Of a stretch of DNA of 64,000 nucleotides, positions 20,067 to 29,070 are shown piece after piece. Each line of letters starts with the position of its first letter. Positions within the stretch are counted from its first letter, which is position 1. A model generated the notes under the pieces. It was given only the letters and a program-made list of their open reading frames with translations, was not told the DNA's origin and searched no databases. The translations under genes were made by a program, and so were the position numbers. The stretch is from an uncultured Candidatus Binatia bacterium (GTDB taxonomy: Bacteria > Desulfobacterota > Binatia > UBA9968 > JAJDTQ01). Location: positions 320,001 through 384,000 of the forward strand of contig OZ251459.1 in NCBI GenBank assembly GCA_965242525.1. Reading direction: 5' to 3'.

Positions 20067-20965
20067 CCCTTCGAACCGAGACCTGCGCGGTGGGCTCCGC
20101 CCACGTCCGGCGGCTCATGGACTACCTGGAGCTCACCAAGCCGAGGCTCGTGCTGATGGTCCTGATGACCACCCTGGTGGGTTTCTACCTGGGCTCCGAG
20201 TCCCTTCCGGACTACCTCGCGCTGTTGCACGCGCTGCTCGGCACGGCCTTGGCCGCGGGGGGGACCCTCGCCCTCAACCAGGCTTTGGAACGCGACATCG
20301 ACGCCGCCATGGAACGCACCCGGCGCCGGCCCATCCCCGAGGGGAGGGTCCAGCCGCTGGAGTGCGTCCTGTTCGGAAGCCTACTCCTGGCCGGCGGACT
20401 GTTGTTGCTGGCGGCCGCGGTCAACGTCCTGAGCGCGCTGCTGACCGCGGTCATCTCGGTCACCTACCTGTTCCTGTACACGCCCTTGAAGCAGGTGTCC
20501 TCCCTGTGCAGCGTGGTGGGCGCCGTGCCCGGGGCGCTCCCTCCGGTGGTGGGCTGGACCGCGGCCCAGGGCGCCCTCGGCCAGGAGGCCGGGATACTGT
20601 TCGGGATACTCTACCTGTGGCAGATCCCCCACAACCTCGCCATCGCCCGGCTCTACCGCGAGGACTTCCTGGCCGCGGGCATCCGGTTCCTGCCGGTGGT
20701 GGACCGGGAGGGGAAGAGCACGGGCATACAGGCGGTCTGCCATTGCCTGGCGTTGCTGGCGGTGAGCCTGATGCCCACGCTCCTGGGTTTCGCCGGTGCG
20801 GTCTATTACGTCGCGGCCATCCTGTTGGGCGCCGCGTTCCTGGTTTCCTCCCTCCGGTTGGCGGCGCTGAGGTCCGCGGCCAGCGCCCGGCGCCTGCTCT
20901 TCGCCTCGCTGCTCTACCTGCCGCTGCTCTTCGTCGTCATGGCCCTGGACAGGATACCGGTCTGA
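20063..20965 (+). CDS. ctaB: Protoheme IX farnesyltransferase (heme O synthase)
   Basis: LTKPRL, ERDIDAAMERTRRRPIP, YTPLKQ, GAVPGALPP, WQIPH. Confidence 0.95.
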   Translation: MTLRTETCAVGSAHVRRLMDYLELTKPRLVLMVLMTTLVGFYLGSESLPDYLALLHALLGTALAAGGTLALNQALERDIDAAMERTRRRPIPEGRVQPLECVLFGSLLLAGGLLLLAAAVNVLSALLTAVISVTYLFLYTPLKQVSSLCSVVGAVPGALPPVVGWTAAQGALGQEAGILFGILYLWQIPHNLAIARLYREDFLAAGIRFLPVVDREGKSTGIQAVCHCLALLAVSLMPTLLGFAGAVYYVAAILLGAAFLVSSLRLAALRSAASARRLLFASLLYLPLLFVVMALDRIPV

Positions 20966-20966
20966 C

Positions 20967-21080
20967 ATGGGGTCACGGAATCCATCGGCGTCCGCAAGGA
21001 ACGCGCGCCTGGGGCTCACCATCGGGGCCGTGGCGGCGGGCTATATCCTCGCCACCGTGGTCTTCCTGGTGGCTTACTAG
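20967..21080 (+). CDS. 37-aa single-TM microprotein inside the cox operon
   Basis: MGSRNPSASARNARLGLTIGAVAAGYILATVVFLVAY*; ATG immediately after the ctaB stop; below the ORF-track cutoff. Confidence 0.7.
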   Translation: MGSRNPSASARNARLGLTIGAVAAGYILATVVFLVAY

Positions 21081-21105
21081 CGGGCCCGGCATCGGACCAT
21101 CGGAC

Positions 21106-21762
21106 ATGGCAAGGGAATCCGCGGCAAGGATACTCACGGACGACGAAGACCGGGGCGTCGAGCTTGCGCCGGCCTTCGGCGAAGGCCCCCCGCCGCCCTC
21201 CCGCCCGGAGCCGGCCGCCAGCAACGCGAGGCTGGGCCTGATGATGTTCATCGCCGCGGAGGTGATGTTCTTCGCCGGGCTCATCGGCGCGTTCCTGGTG
21301 CTGCGCCTGAGCAGCGAGGTGTGGCCGCCGCCGTCGCAGCCGCGGCTGCCGGTGTGGATCACGGGGTTCAACACCCTGGTGCTGCTGCTGAGCGGCGCCG
21401 CCATGCGGCGGGCGTCGCTGGCGGCCCGTGTGCGGGAGCAGGCGCGGTTGTCGGGCTGGCTGCTCGCCGCCGCGGCGCTGGGGACGCTGTTCCTCGCCAT
21501 ACAGGGTTACGAGTGGGTCCGGTTGATCGGGTTCGGCCTGACCCTGTGGAGCGGCCTCTACGGTTCCACTTTCTACGCGCTGATCGGGTTGCACGGGCTC
21601 CACGTGCTGGGAGCGCTGGTGTGGGTGGGCGTGGTCTGGACCCTCGCCCGGCGGGGGCGCTTTGCCTCGGGCCCCACGGTGGGGGTCGAGACCTGCGCCA
21701 TGTACTGGACCTTCGTGGTGGTCCTGTGGCCGGTGCTCTACGGCCTCGTGTACCTGTATTGA
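21106..21762 (+). CDS. Cytochrome c oxidase subunit III-like protein (first)
   Basis: FIAAEVMFFAGL, NTLVLLLSG, FYALIGLHGLHV, MYWTFV. Confidence 0.92.
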   Translation: MARESAARILTDDEDRGVELAPAFGEGPPPPSRPEPAASNARLGLMMFIAAEVMFFAGLIGAFLVLRLSSEVWPPPSQPRLPVWITGFNTLVLLLSGAAMRRASLAARVREQARLSGWLLAAAALGTLFLAIQGYEWVRLIGFGLTLWSGLYGSTFYALIGLHGLHVLGALVWVGVVWTLARRGRFASGPTVGVETCAMYWTFVVVLWPVLYGLVYLY

Positions 21763-21811
21763 GGGAGACCGGCAGGACCGGATTCCCCTGGTCGGAAAAG
21801 GAGAACGTCAG

Positions 21812-22429
21812 ATGAGCGACGCAGCCACGTTACATCCCGGCGCCGAGCCCGCGGAGTCTCCCCTCACGCCGGAGAGCTGGGGCAAGCTGGGGATGTGGAT
21901 CTTCCTTGCCGGCGACGCCATGACCTTCGGCACGCTGATCGTGACCTTCGGCATCATGCGCATGGCCTCGGACAACTGGCCCGTGGCCGCGGAGGTCCTC
22001 GGCATCAACCTGACCGCGGCCATGACCTTCCTGCTCATTTGCAGCAGCGTCACCATGGTGTTGGCCCTGTCCGGCATCAAGCGCGGCAACCGGCAGGAGT
22101 TCGTCAAGTTCCTGTCGCTCACGGTCCTCGGCGGGGCGGCCTTCCTCGGGTTGCAGGCGTACGAATGGACGCACCTGATCCACGAGGGCGTGACCATGTC
22201 GGAGAACGCCTTCGGCTCGCCGGTGTTCGGCGACACCTTCTACATCATGACGGGATTCCACGGCATGCACGTGTTCGGCGGGGTCGTTTACCTCGCGGTG
22301 GTCCTCGTGGGCGGGCTGACCGGCCGCATCCATGCGGACAACGCTTCGGTGGTGGAGATCGCCGGCCTCTACTGGCATTTCGTCGATCTCGTGTGGATCC
22401 TCATCTTCACCTTCGTGTACCTCTTGTAA
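21812..22429 (+). CDS. Cytochrome c oxidase subunit III-like protein (second)
   Basis: GKLGMWIFLAGDAMTF, TGFHGMHV, GLYWHFVDLVW. Confidence 0.94.
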   Translation: MSDAATLHPGAEPAESPLTPESWGKLGMWIFLAGDAMTFGTLIVTFGIMRMASDNWPVAAEVLGINLTAAMTFLLICSSVTMVLALSGIKRGNRQEFVKFLSLTVLGGAAFLGLQAYEWTHLIHEGVTMSENAFGSPVFGDTFYIMTGFHGMHVFGGVVYLAVVLVGGLTGRIHADNASVVEIAGLYWHFVDLVWILIFTFVYLL

Positions 22430-22447
22430 CGATACGGAGAACCAGCC

Positions 22448-22735
22448 ATGACAGACACAGCAATCCACAAGGAAACCCACGCGGACCCCAACTACCTGGC
22501 CGTGTTCGGCTGGCTCTTCGCCCTCACCGTGGTGGAGGTGGGGGTGATCTACCTGCCGGTGCCCAAGTGGGTCATCCTCGTCTCACTGGTGCTGCTGGCG
22601 GTGGTGAAGGCGGCGCTGGTGGCGATCTACTTCATGCACCTCAAGTTCGAGCGGGTCACCATCTGGTGGATCGCCGTGATCCCGGTGATCCTGTGCGTGT
22701 TCCTGATCTTCATGCTCATCCCGGAGCTCGTCTGA
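22448..22735 (+). CDS. Cytochrome c oxidase subunit IV family protein
   Basis: LTVVEV, KAALVAIYFMHLKFE. Confidence 0.92.
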   Translation: MTDTAIHKETHADPNYLAVFGWLFALTVVEVGVIYLPVPKWVILVSLVLLAVVKAALVAIYFMHLKFERVTIWWIAVIPVILCVFLIFMLIPELV

Positions 22736-22868
22736 TGGCGCGGGTCCCAGGACCGCAGGCCCGGGCGGGTTCGGAACCCGCCCGGGGGATGCGCCGGGAA
22801 ACGGCCCTCCCCGCCTTTCGTTGCGGTTCGCCCGGCCGGACGGGTCCCGGCCGCGGACCACGTTTCCG

Positions 22869-23300
22869 TTGATCCCCGTCACGTCACTCCCCCACCTGAA
22901 CGCGCTGCTCAACTCGGTCAGCGCGCTCCTTCTCCTGGCCGGCTACCTGTTCGTCCGCCGCCGCCGCATGGACGCGCACCGGCGCTGCATGCTGGCCGCG
23001 TTGGGCAGCTCGGCGCTGTTCCTGGTCTCCTACCTCATCTACCACTTCAGCGTGGGTTCCGTCCGTTTCCAGGGCCAGGGCTGGACCCGGCCCGTCTATT
23101 TCGCGGTGCTCGTGTCCCACACGGTCCTCGCCACCGCCATCGTCCCCCTGGTCCTGGTCACCGTCACGCGGGCGCTGCGCCGGCGGTTCGACCGGCACCG
23201 GGCCATTGCGCGATGGACCCTGCCGCTGTGGTTGTACGTGTCCGTGACCGGCGTGGTCGTGTACTGGATGCTGTACCGGATGGATTTCGGGAACCTCTGA
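22869..23300 (+). CDS. DUF420 family membrane protein
   Basis: LPHLNALLN, HRRCM, FLVSYLIYH, WLYVSVTGVVVY; TTG start inferred; stop inside a MITE terminal repeat. Confidence 0.9.
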   Translation: MIPVTSLPHLNALLNSVSALLLLAGYLFVRRRRMDAHRRCMLAALGSSALFLVSYLIYHFSVGSVRFQGQGWTRPVYFAVLVSHTVLATAIVPLVLVTVTRALRRRFDRHRAIARWTLPLWLYVSVTGVVVYWMLYRMDFGNL

Positions 23301-23495
23301 ACGATCCGGACAGGGGGCATGAGCGCGTCCTTCGACTTCGCTACGCTACGCTCAGGATGAACGGAGGACTTCGCTACGCTACGCTCAGGATGAACGGAGG
23401 ACTTCGCTACGCTACGCTCAGGACCAACGGGGATGGGGCGTCAGGATGAGGGAAACGGGAGTCCATCCCGGATGTCTCGATTGTTCGGATGTTCC
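23290..23495. mobile_element. MITE (long variant) with internal 3x33-bp tandem expansion
   Basis: GGAACCTCTGAACGA..TTGTTCGGATGTTCC; reverse-orientation relative of 63060-63192; unit ACTTCGCTACGCTACGCTCAGGATGAACGGAGG at 23335, 23368, 23401. Confidence 0.85.
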
Positions 23496-23598
23496 TTCCA
23501 GCGCTCTTCCGGCTTTCGAGCGGGCGGGGTCTTGCGGCCAAGGTACGGCGGGGTGGATCCCGAAGCGCCGCTTCCGGTTCGGTGTCCCGCCGACGGGA

Positions 23599-24456
23599 TC
23601 ACGAACCCGGCGGCGCTTTTGCGGGCAGGGCCGCGCGGGTCGTCCCCGGGTCGAAGGCGGCCACCGTGCGCAAGGCGTCCGCGACCCCCGGCGCCGCGGC
23701 AAGGACGGGGTTGCCGTGCAGCAGGCCGTCGTTTGCGAGGAAGTCGTTGGTCCAGCCCCCGGCCTCTTCCACCAGCAATATCCCGGCCAGGCAGTCCCAG
23801 GCGTTGATGTGCGCCTCCAGGTAGCCGAGCAGACGGCCGGCGGCCACGTAGGCCAGCATCAGGGCGCCGGAACCGCTGCGCTGGTACATGCCGCCCGCTT
23901 CCAACAGGCGGCGGATGCTCTCCACCGCGGGTCCCGCCGAGGTCCGGGTCGAATAGCCGACGCCCACGGCGCCCTGGGCCAAGCTGTGGGCCGCGCTGCA
24001 CCACATGGGCGTCCCGCCGCAGAAGGCGCCCTTGCCCCGGCGCGCTGCGAAGACCTCGTCCGCGTTCGGGTCGTAAACGACGCCGACTTCGGTTCGGCCC
24101 TGTCGCACGTAGGCGATGGAAACGCACCAGACCGGCGTCCGGTTGACGAAGTTCGCGGTCCCGTCGATGGGATCCACCACCCAGACGCCGCCTGCATGGC
24201 GGCCGTCGAACGCCGCGCCCCCCTCCTCGCCCAGGAACCCGTCGTCCGGAAAGAGCTCGTGGACGCGGTCCCGGATGAGGGTCTCGACGGCGCCGTCGGC
24301 CTGGCTGGCGAAGTCCTGCGGACCCTTGGAGACCACCTCCAGCCCCTCCGGGTTGCGAAAGTACGCCAGCGCCGCCCGCCCCGCTTCGTGCGCGATCTCC
24401 TTCGCCGCCCGGAAGCGCCGGTCCAGCCCCCGATCATCCGTATGGTTGGAGTCCAT
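23599..24456 (-). CDS. Inositol monophosphatase family protein
   Basis: GEEGG, WVVDPIDGTANF, AWDCLAG. Confidence 0.93.
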   Translation of the reverse strand: MDSNHTDDRGLDRRFRAAKEIAHEAGRAALAYFRNPEGLEVVSKGPQDFASQADGAVETLIRDRVHELFPDDGFLGEEGGAAFDGRHAGGVWVVDPIDGTANFVNRTPVWCVSIAYVRQGRTEVGVVYDPNADEVFAARRGKGAFCGGTPMWCSAAHSLAQGAVGVGYSTRTSAGPAVESIRRLLEAGGMYQRSGSGALMLAYVAAGRLLGYLEAHINAWDCLAGILLVEEAGGWTNDFLANDGLLHGNPVLAAAPGVADALRTVAAFDPGTTRAALPAKAPPGS

Positions 24457-24458
24457 CC

Positions 24459-25535
24459 CTAAGTCTGCTCCTCGAGCAGCATGACGCCGCGGTCGCGAAA
24501 GGCGATCCGCACGCGGGACCCCGGGGGGACCAGCGCGTCGAACTGGTAGTCGGCCGCGAAGATCTCGCCGAGGTCGGTGTCGAGGGTGTATTCCACGTGG
24601 CTGCCCACGTAGGTGCCCTTCGACACCGTTCCCGCGAGTCCGCCCTCCGGTTCGCCCGCTTCGAGGATCACCGCTTCCGGCCGGACCGCGAGCTTGACCG
24701 GACCCGCGGGCAGGCCCCGGTGCGGCAGACGGAGCTCCACCCCGCGGCCGACGCGGACGGTTGCGCGGTCGCCCTCGCGGCGCACCAGCTCGGCATCGAC
24801 CACGTTGGCGTCGCCGATGAAGTCGGCGACGAAGAGGTTGCGGGGCGCTTCGTAGAGTTCCCTCGGCGCGCCTTCCTGTGCGACCTCGGCGTTGCCCATC
24901 ACGATGATCCGGTCCGATACCGCCAGCGCCTCCTCCTGGTCGTGGGTGACGTAAACCGTGGTCAAGCCGAGGGTCTGCTGCAACTCCCGGATCTCCTCGC
25001 GGACCCGGCGGCGCAGCTTGGCGTCGAGGTTGGAGAGGGGCTCGTCGAACAGCAGCACGGTCGGTTCGAGGACCAGGGCGCGGGCCACCGCCACCCGCTG
25101 TTGCTGGCCGCCGGAAAGCTCGCTGGGCAGGCGCGCGCCGTAGCCGGAGAGCCCCACCAGCCCGAGGCCCTCTTCGGCCCGCTCCCGCCTCTCCGCCTTG
25201 GCGACGCCGCTGACCGAGAGGCCGTAGGAGACGTTCTCGAGCACGGTCATGTGCGGGAACAGGGCATAGGACTGGAACACCATGGAGACGTCCCGCGCAC
25301 TGGCCGGCAGGCGGGAGACGTCGTCGCCGCCGATATGGATGCTGCCGGATGTGGGCATCTCCAGGCCGGCAACGAGGCGGAGCGTCGTGGTCTTGCCGCA
25401 GCCGCTGGGTCCCAGCAGGGTCACCAGGTCGCCGGCGCGAACCTCGAAGGAGACCCGGTTGACGGCCACCACCGGTCCGTAGTGCTTGCTGACGTCGTGG
25501 AACCGGACCGCCGCGGCCTGCCCCTCGATGCTCAC
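24459..25535 (-). CDS. ABC transporter ATP-binding protein (AfuC/FbpC-like)
   Basis: GPSGCGKT, LSGGQQQR, LLFDEP, TOBE-like tail; GTG start overlapping the permease stop. Confidence 0.95.
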   Translation of the reverse strand: MSIEGQAAAVRFHDVSKHYGPVVAVNRVSFEVRAGDLVTLLGPSGCGKTTTLRLVAGLEMPTSGSIHIGGDDVSRLPASARDVSMVFQSYALFPHMTVLENVSYGLSVSGVAKAERRERAEEGLGLVGLSGYGARLPSELSGGQQQRVAVARALVLEPTVLLFDEPLSNLDAKLRRRVREEIRELQQTLGLTTVYVTHDQEEALAVSDRIIVMGNAEVAQEGAPRELYEAPRNLFVADFIGDANVVDAELVRREGDRATVRVGRGVELRLPHRGLPAGPVKLAVRPEAVILEAGEPEGGLAGTVSKGTYVGSHVEYTLDTDLGEIFAADYQFDALVPPGSRVRIAFRDRGVMLLEEQT

Positions 25536-27754
25536 GCCGCGGCTCCCCCCGCGCCGTGGACGGCCGCGTTCACGGCGCCTGTCCTGCGGCCCATGCGCCG
25601 TTCGCCCACCGCCAGTTGGACCAGCAGGATCACCGCCACCATGACCACGATCAGGACCGAGCTGTAGGCGATGGCGAGTCCGTAATCGCCGTTCTCCACC
25701 CGTCCGATGATGTAGGAAGTCGCCATGTCGTAGTTGGCGCTGACCAGGAAGATCACCGCGCTGATGGCGGTCATGGCGCGGACGAAGCTGAAGACCAGGG
25801 CGGCCACCACCGCCGGGCGCAGGAGCGGCAGGACCACTTTGCGGACGGTGGCGAAGGAACTGGCCCCCAGGGTCAACGACGCCTCGTCCAGGCTCTTGTC
25901 GATCTGGGTCATGGCGGCGACGCCGGCGCGCACGCCCACCGGCATGTTGCGGAAGATGAAGCAGATGACCAGTATGACGCCGGTGCCGGTGAGCTCCATG
26001 GGCGGCACGTTGAAGGCGAGGATGTAGCCGACCCCGATGACGGTGCCGGGTATCGCGAAGCTCAACAGGGTGCCGAACTCGAAGGCGTGCTGCCCGGCGA
26101 ACTTCTGCCGAATCAGCAGGTAGGCGGTCAGCAGCCCCACCGCCGCGGTCAGCGGGGCGGAAACGGCGGAGATGGAGAGGGTGGTCCAGAAGGAGTTCCA
26201 GGCGGCGCCGGACCAGACCAGTCCGCCGGCCCCGGTGGTGACGGAAAAGGCGTCGGCGTAGTGGCGCAGGGTGAGGCTGTGGTCCCGGCCCCAGAGCTCC
26301 ACGAAACCGCCGAACAGGATCATGCAGTAGATGACCGCGGTGAGGCCGGCCCAGGGCAGGGCCGAGCCGTAAACGAGCCAAGTCACGCGCCGGGGCAGGG
26401 GGACGTGCAGGCCGGCGTCGCCCTTGCCGGTGACCGTGGCGTAGGACTTGCGCCCCAGCCAGCGGCGCTGGGCCCAGAACGCGGACAGGGTGAAGGCCAG
26501 GAGGACGATGGCCAGGACCGCGGCCCGGCCCTGGTCGTTCTGGGCCCCGACGATGGCGAAGAAGATGGCGGTGGACAAGACGTCGAAGTTGCCGCCCAGG
26601 ACCAGGGGGTTGCCGAAATCGGCCAGGCTTTCGATGAAGCCCACCAGGAAGGCGTTGGCCAGTCCCGGGCGCATCAGGGGCAACGAGACGGTGGTGAACG
26701 TGCGCCAGTCGTCGGCGCGCAGGGTCTGCGCCGCCTCTTCCATGGAGGGGCTCACGCCCTCCACCACACCGATGAGGACCAGGAACGCGATGGGCGTGAA
26801 GGCCAGGGTCTGGGCCAGCCAGATGCCGGGCAGTCCGTAGATGTAGCGCCCCGGCGTCGCCCCGGTGACCGCTTCGATGGCCAGGGTCACCGTGCCCGAC
26901 GCGCCGAACAGCAGGATGATGGCGAGACCGATGACGAAGGGCGGGGTGATGATGGGCAAGACGGTGAGGGTGCGCAGCAGCCTCTTGGCCTGGAAGCCGG
27001 TCCGGGTCGCCAGCAGGGCGAAAGCCAGGCCCAGGACCGTGGTGCTGGCGCCCACCAGGATGGCCATCCACAGGGAGTTCCAGGCGACGCCGCAGTTGAC
27101 GTTGGCGGCCAGGCAGCCCAGGCCCCAGATGTCGCGGCTGAACAGCTTCTCGACGAAGAGGTAGGGCGCGAAGTGGTAGTCGTTGTCCTGGAAGGCGCTG
27201 GCCAGGATGCGGACCACGGGGAAGAAGATGAAGGCGGCCACGAGGGCGACCACCAAGGCGATGGAGCCCACCACGAAACCGTCGCCGTTGACCGCCCCGC
27301 GGGCGGCGATCCCCTGTGCGAACAGGAAGAGGAAGGATGCCGATACCAGCAGGGCGCCGTAGCCCATGCCGAACTGGCGGTCGCCGAGGGGGCCGAAGAG
27401 CCCTTCGAGAAAAGGGTATTCCCAGCCGCGGATGCCGATGGCGAAGCCCTGGGCCAGCAGGTAGAACGCGCCGAGGCTGCCCGCGGCCAGCAGGACCGCG
27501 CTGAAGAGCGGGTCGGCGCGCCGGCGCCAAAGCACCGCCAAGGGCGCCGCCAGCGGCAGCACCAGCGGCGCCAGCCACCAGCGGCCGGCCAGCAGGACCT
27601 GCAGCAGGCCCGGGGCGTCGTCGGCCCCGGGCGGGTACTCGGACAGCCAGGCGAAGGACCAGAACCCGTCTTCCACGCCGTACCACGGGAGGAGCGCAAA
27701 GCCGCCCCATCCCGCGGCAAGCCAGAGCGCCGCGGGCCGATTCATCGGGCCCAT
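25532..27754 (-). CDS. ABC transporter permease (AfuB/FbpB-like, fused double domain)
   Basis: Two EAA loops (MEEAAQTLRA, LDEASLTLGA), ESLADFGNP. Confidence 0.93.
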   Translation of the reverse strand: MGPMNRPAALWLAAGWGGFALLPWYGVEDGFWSFAWLSEYPPGADDAPGLLQVLLAGRWWLAPLVLPLAAPLAVLWRRRADPLFSAVLLAAGSLGAFYLLAQGFAIGIRGWEYPFLEGLFGPLGDRQFGMGYGALLVSASFLFLFAQGIAARGAVNGDGFVVGSIALVVALVAAFIFFPVVRILASAFQDNDYHFAPYLFVEKLFSRDIWGLGCLAANVNCGVAWNSLWMAILVGASTTVLGLAFALLATRTGFQAKRLLRTLTVLPIITPPFVIGLAIILLFGASGTVTLAIEAVTGATPGRYIYGLPGIWLAQTLAFTPIAFLVLIGVVEGVSPSMEEAAQTLRADDWRTFTTVSLPLMRPGLANAFLVGFIESLADFGNPLVLGGNFDVLSTAIFFAIVGAQNDQGRAAVLAIVLLAFTLSAFWAQRRWLGRKSYATVTGKGDAGLHVPLPRRVTWLVYGSALPWAGLTAVIYCMILFGGFVELWGRDHSLTLRHYADAFSVTTGAGGLVWSGAAWNSFWTTLSISAVSAPLTAAVGLLTAYLLIRQKFAGQHAFEFGTLLSFAIPGTVIGVGYILAFNVPPMELTGTGVILVICFIFRNMPVGVRAGVAAMTQIDKSLDEASLTLGASSFATVRKVVLPLLRPAVVAALVFSFVRAMTAISAVIFLVSANYDMATSYIIGRVENGDYGLAIAYSSVLIVVMVAVILLVQLAVGERRMGRRTGAVNAAVHGAGGAAA

Positions 27755-27765
27755 GCGTCAGCCGC

Positions 27766-28803
27766 TCAACGCGGCAGTGTATAGACCTCGTCGTCCCATT
27801 TCTTCAACAGCCGCCGCCGTTCGGCCGACGACCCGTATTTCTTGAAGTCGTAGTCGATGAGCTTGATCTGGCTCAGGTCCGGCGCCTGCGGCGGCGGCGA
27901 GGCGCCGGAGTGGGACGGCACCTGGTAGGCCCTGGCCTGGGCCGCCATGGTCTGGATCTTCGGGTCGAGGGCGAAATCGACCCACTTCCTGGCGTTCTCC
28001 GGGTTGCGAGCGCCCTCGATGACGCTCACCGAACCGATCTCGTAGCCGGTGCCCTCGCAGGGCGAGACGATCTCGATGGGGAAGCCCTTGACCGCCTGGG
28101 TCACCATGTCGTGCTGGAAGACGATGCCCATCGTGGTCTCGCCCCGGGCCGACGCCTTGATGGGGGCCGAGCCCGACTTGGTGTACTGGTTGATGTTCCG
28201 GTGCAGGCCCTTCATGAACTCGAACCCCGCGTCCTCGCCGAAGACCTGGATGATGGTGGCGAGGGTGGTGTAGGCGGTGCCCGAGGAGTTGGGGTTCGCC
28301 ATCTGGATGTGGCCCTTGTAGGCGGGCCTGGTCAGGTCCTGCCAGCATTTCGGCGCCGGCAGCTTGTGCTTCTGCAACAGCTCGCCGTTGTAGCCGACGC
28401 CCAGCGCGCCGGCATAGATGCCCACCGTGCGGTAGCCGGACTGCTCGGCCTGGCGGCGCGCCCAGTCCTGCAACTCGGGAAGCCGCGGCGACCGGTACTC
28501 CTGCGTCAGGCCTTCTTCGGCCGCCTGCAAGTGCGGGTCGCCGGTGCCGCCCCACCAGACGTCGCCCTTGGGGTTCCGGCGTTCCGCCTTGATCTGGGCG
28601 AAAGTCTCGCCGGAGCTCTTGCGCGTCATGGCCACCTTGACGCCGGTGGCTTTCTCGAACTCCTCGACCATGAGCTGGCACCACTCGATCTGCGGGCTGC
28701 AATACAGGGTCAACTTGCCCGCGGCGAACGCGGTGTGGGCGGCAGCCCCGACGAGGCCGGAGACGGCCAAGGCAACGAACCACGAGCCGAGACGTTTCAT
28801 CAT
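27766..28803 (-). CDS. ABC substrate-binding protein, AfuA-like
   Basis: Signal peptide; LYCS..C, DVWWGGTGDPH, NPNSSGTAY, FQHD, GYEIG. Confidence 0.88.
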   Translation of the reverse strand: MMKRLGSWFVALAVSGLVGAAAHTAFAAGKLTLYCSPQIEWCQLMVEEFEKATGVKVAMTRKSSGETFAQIKAERRNPKGDVWWGGTGDPHLQAAEEGLTQEYRSPRLPELQDWARRQAEQSGYRTVGIYAGALGVGYNGELLQKHKLPAPKCWQDLTRPAYKGHIQMANPNSSGTAYTTLATIIQVFGEDAGFEFMKGLHRNINQYTKSGSAPIKASARGETTMGIVFQHDMVTQAVKGFPIEIVSPCEGTGYEIGSVSVIEGARNPENARKWVDFALDPKIQTMAAQARAYQVPSHSGASPPPQAPDLSQIKLIDYDFKKYGSSAERRRLLKKWDDEVYTLPR

Positions 28804-28889
28804 GGTGTCCTCCCTGTTGGCGTGTTGGCGCAGGTTTCCCTCGCGCCGGGTATTGGGTCTCGAGTCCGCGGGGACGTTACCACACTCGG

Positions 28890-29070
28890 GCGGCCGTTGT
28901 ACACGGCAACGAGGCGTTTGCGGAAGAAACGCGCCTCCGCATATAATGGGAGCGTCCGGTCGAAGGGCGCCTGACGAAAGCGAAGCCGAAGCAGCTCCTT
29001 GCCCCCGGGTACATTGCCGACGTTGGAGATGCCCTTGTCCTCGATGGGATCGGTGTCGAGGTTCGCCATG
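28890..29070 (-). pseudogene. Decayed internal fragment of the sulfotransferase gene
   Basis: DNA aligns by eye to ~6030-6245; DKGISNVG vs DKSISDVG and PFDRTLPLYAEARFFRKR vs PFDRALSFYAEMRFFHKR, with frameshifts. Confidence 0.8.

Noticed and set aside
22735-22872. 45-aa ORF overlapping both the subunit IV stop and the DUF420 start
   Set aside because: Arg/Pro/Gly-rich with no TM or motif and weak codon bias; coupling is suggestive but insufficient
23335-23431. Possible CRISPR array (33-bp repeats)
   Set aside because: Repeats are contiguous with no spacers, lie inside a MITE, and no cas genes are present
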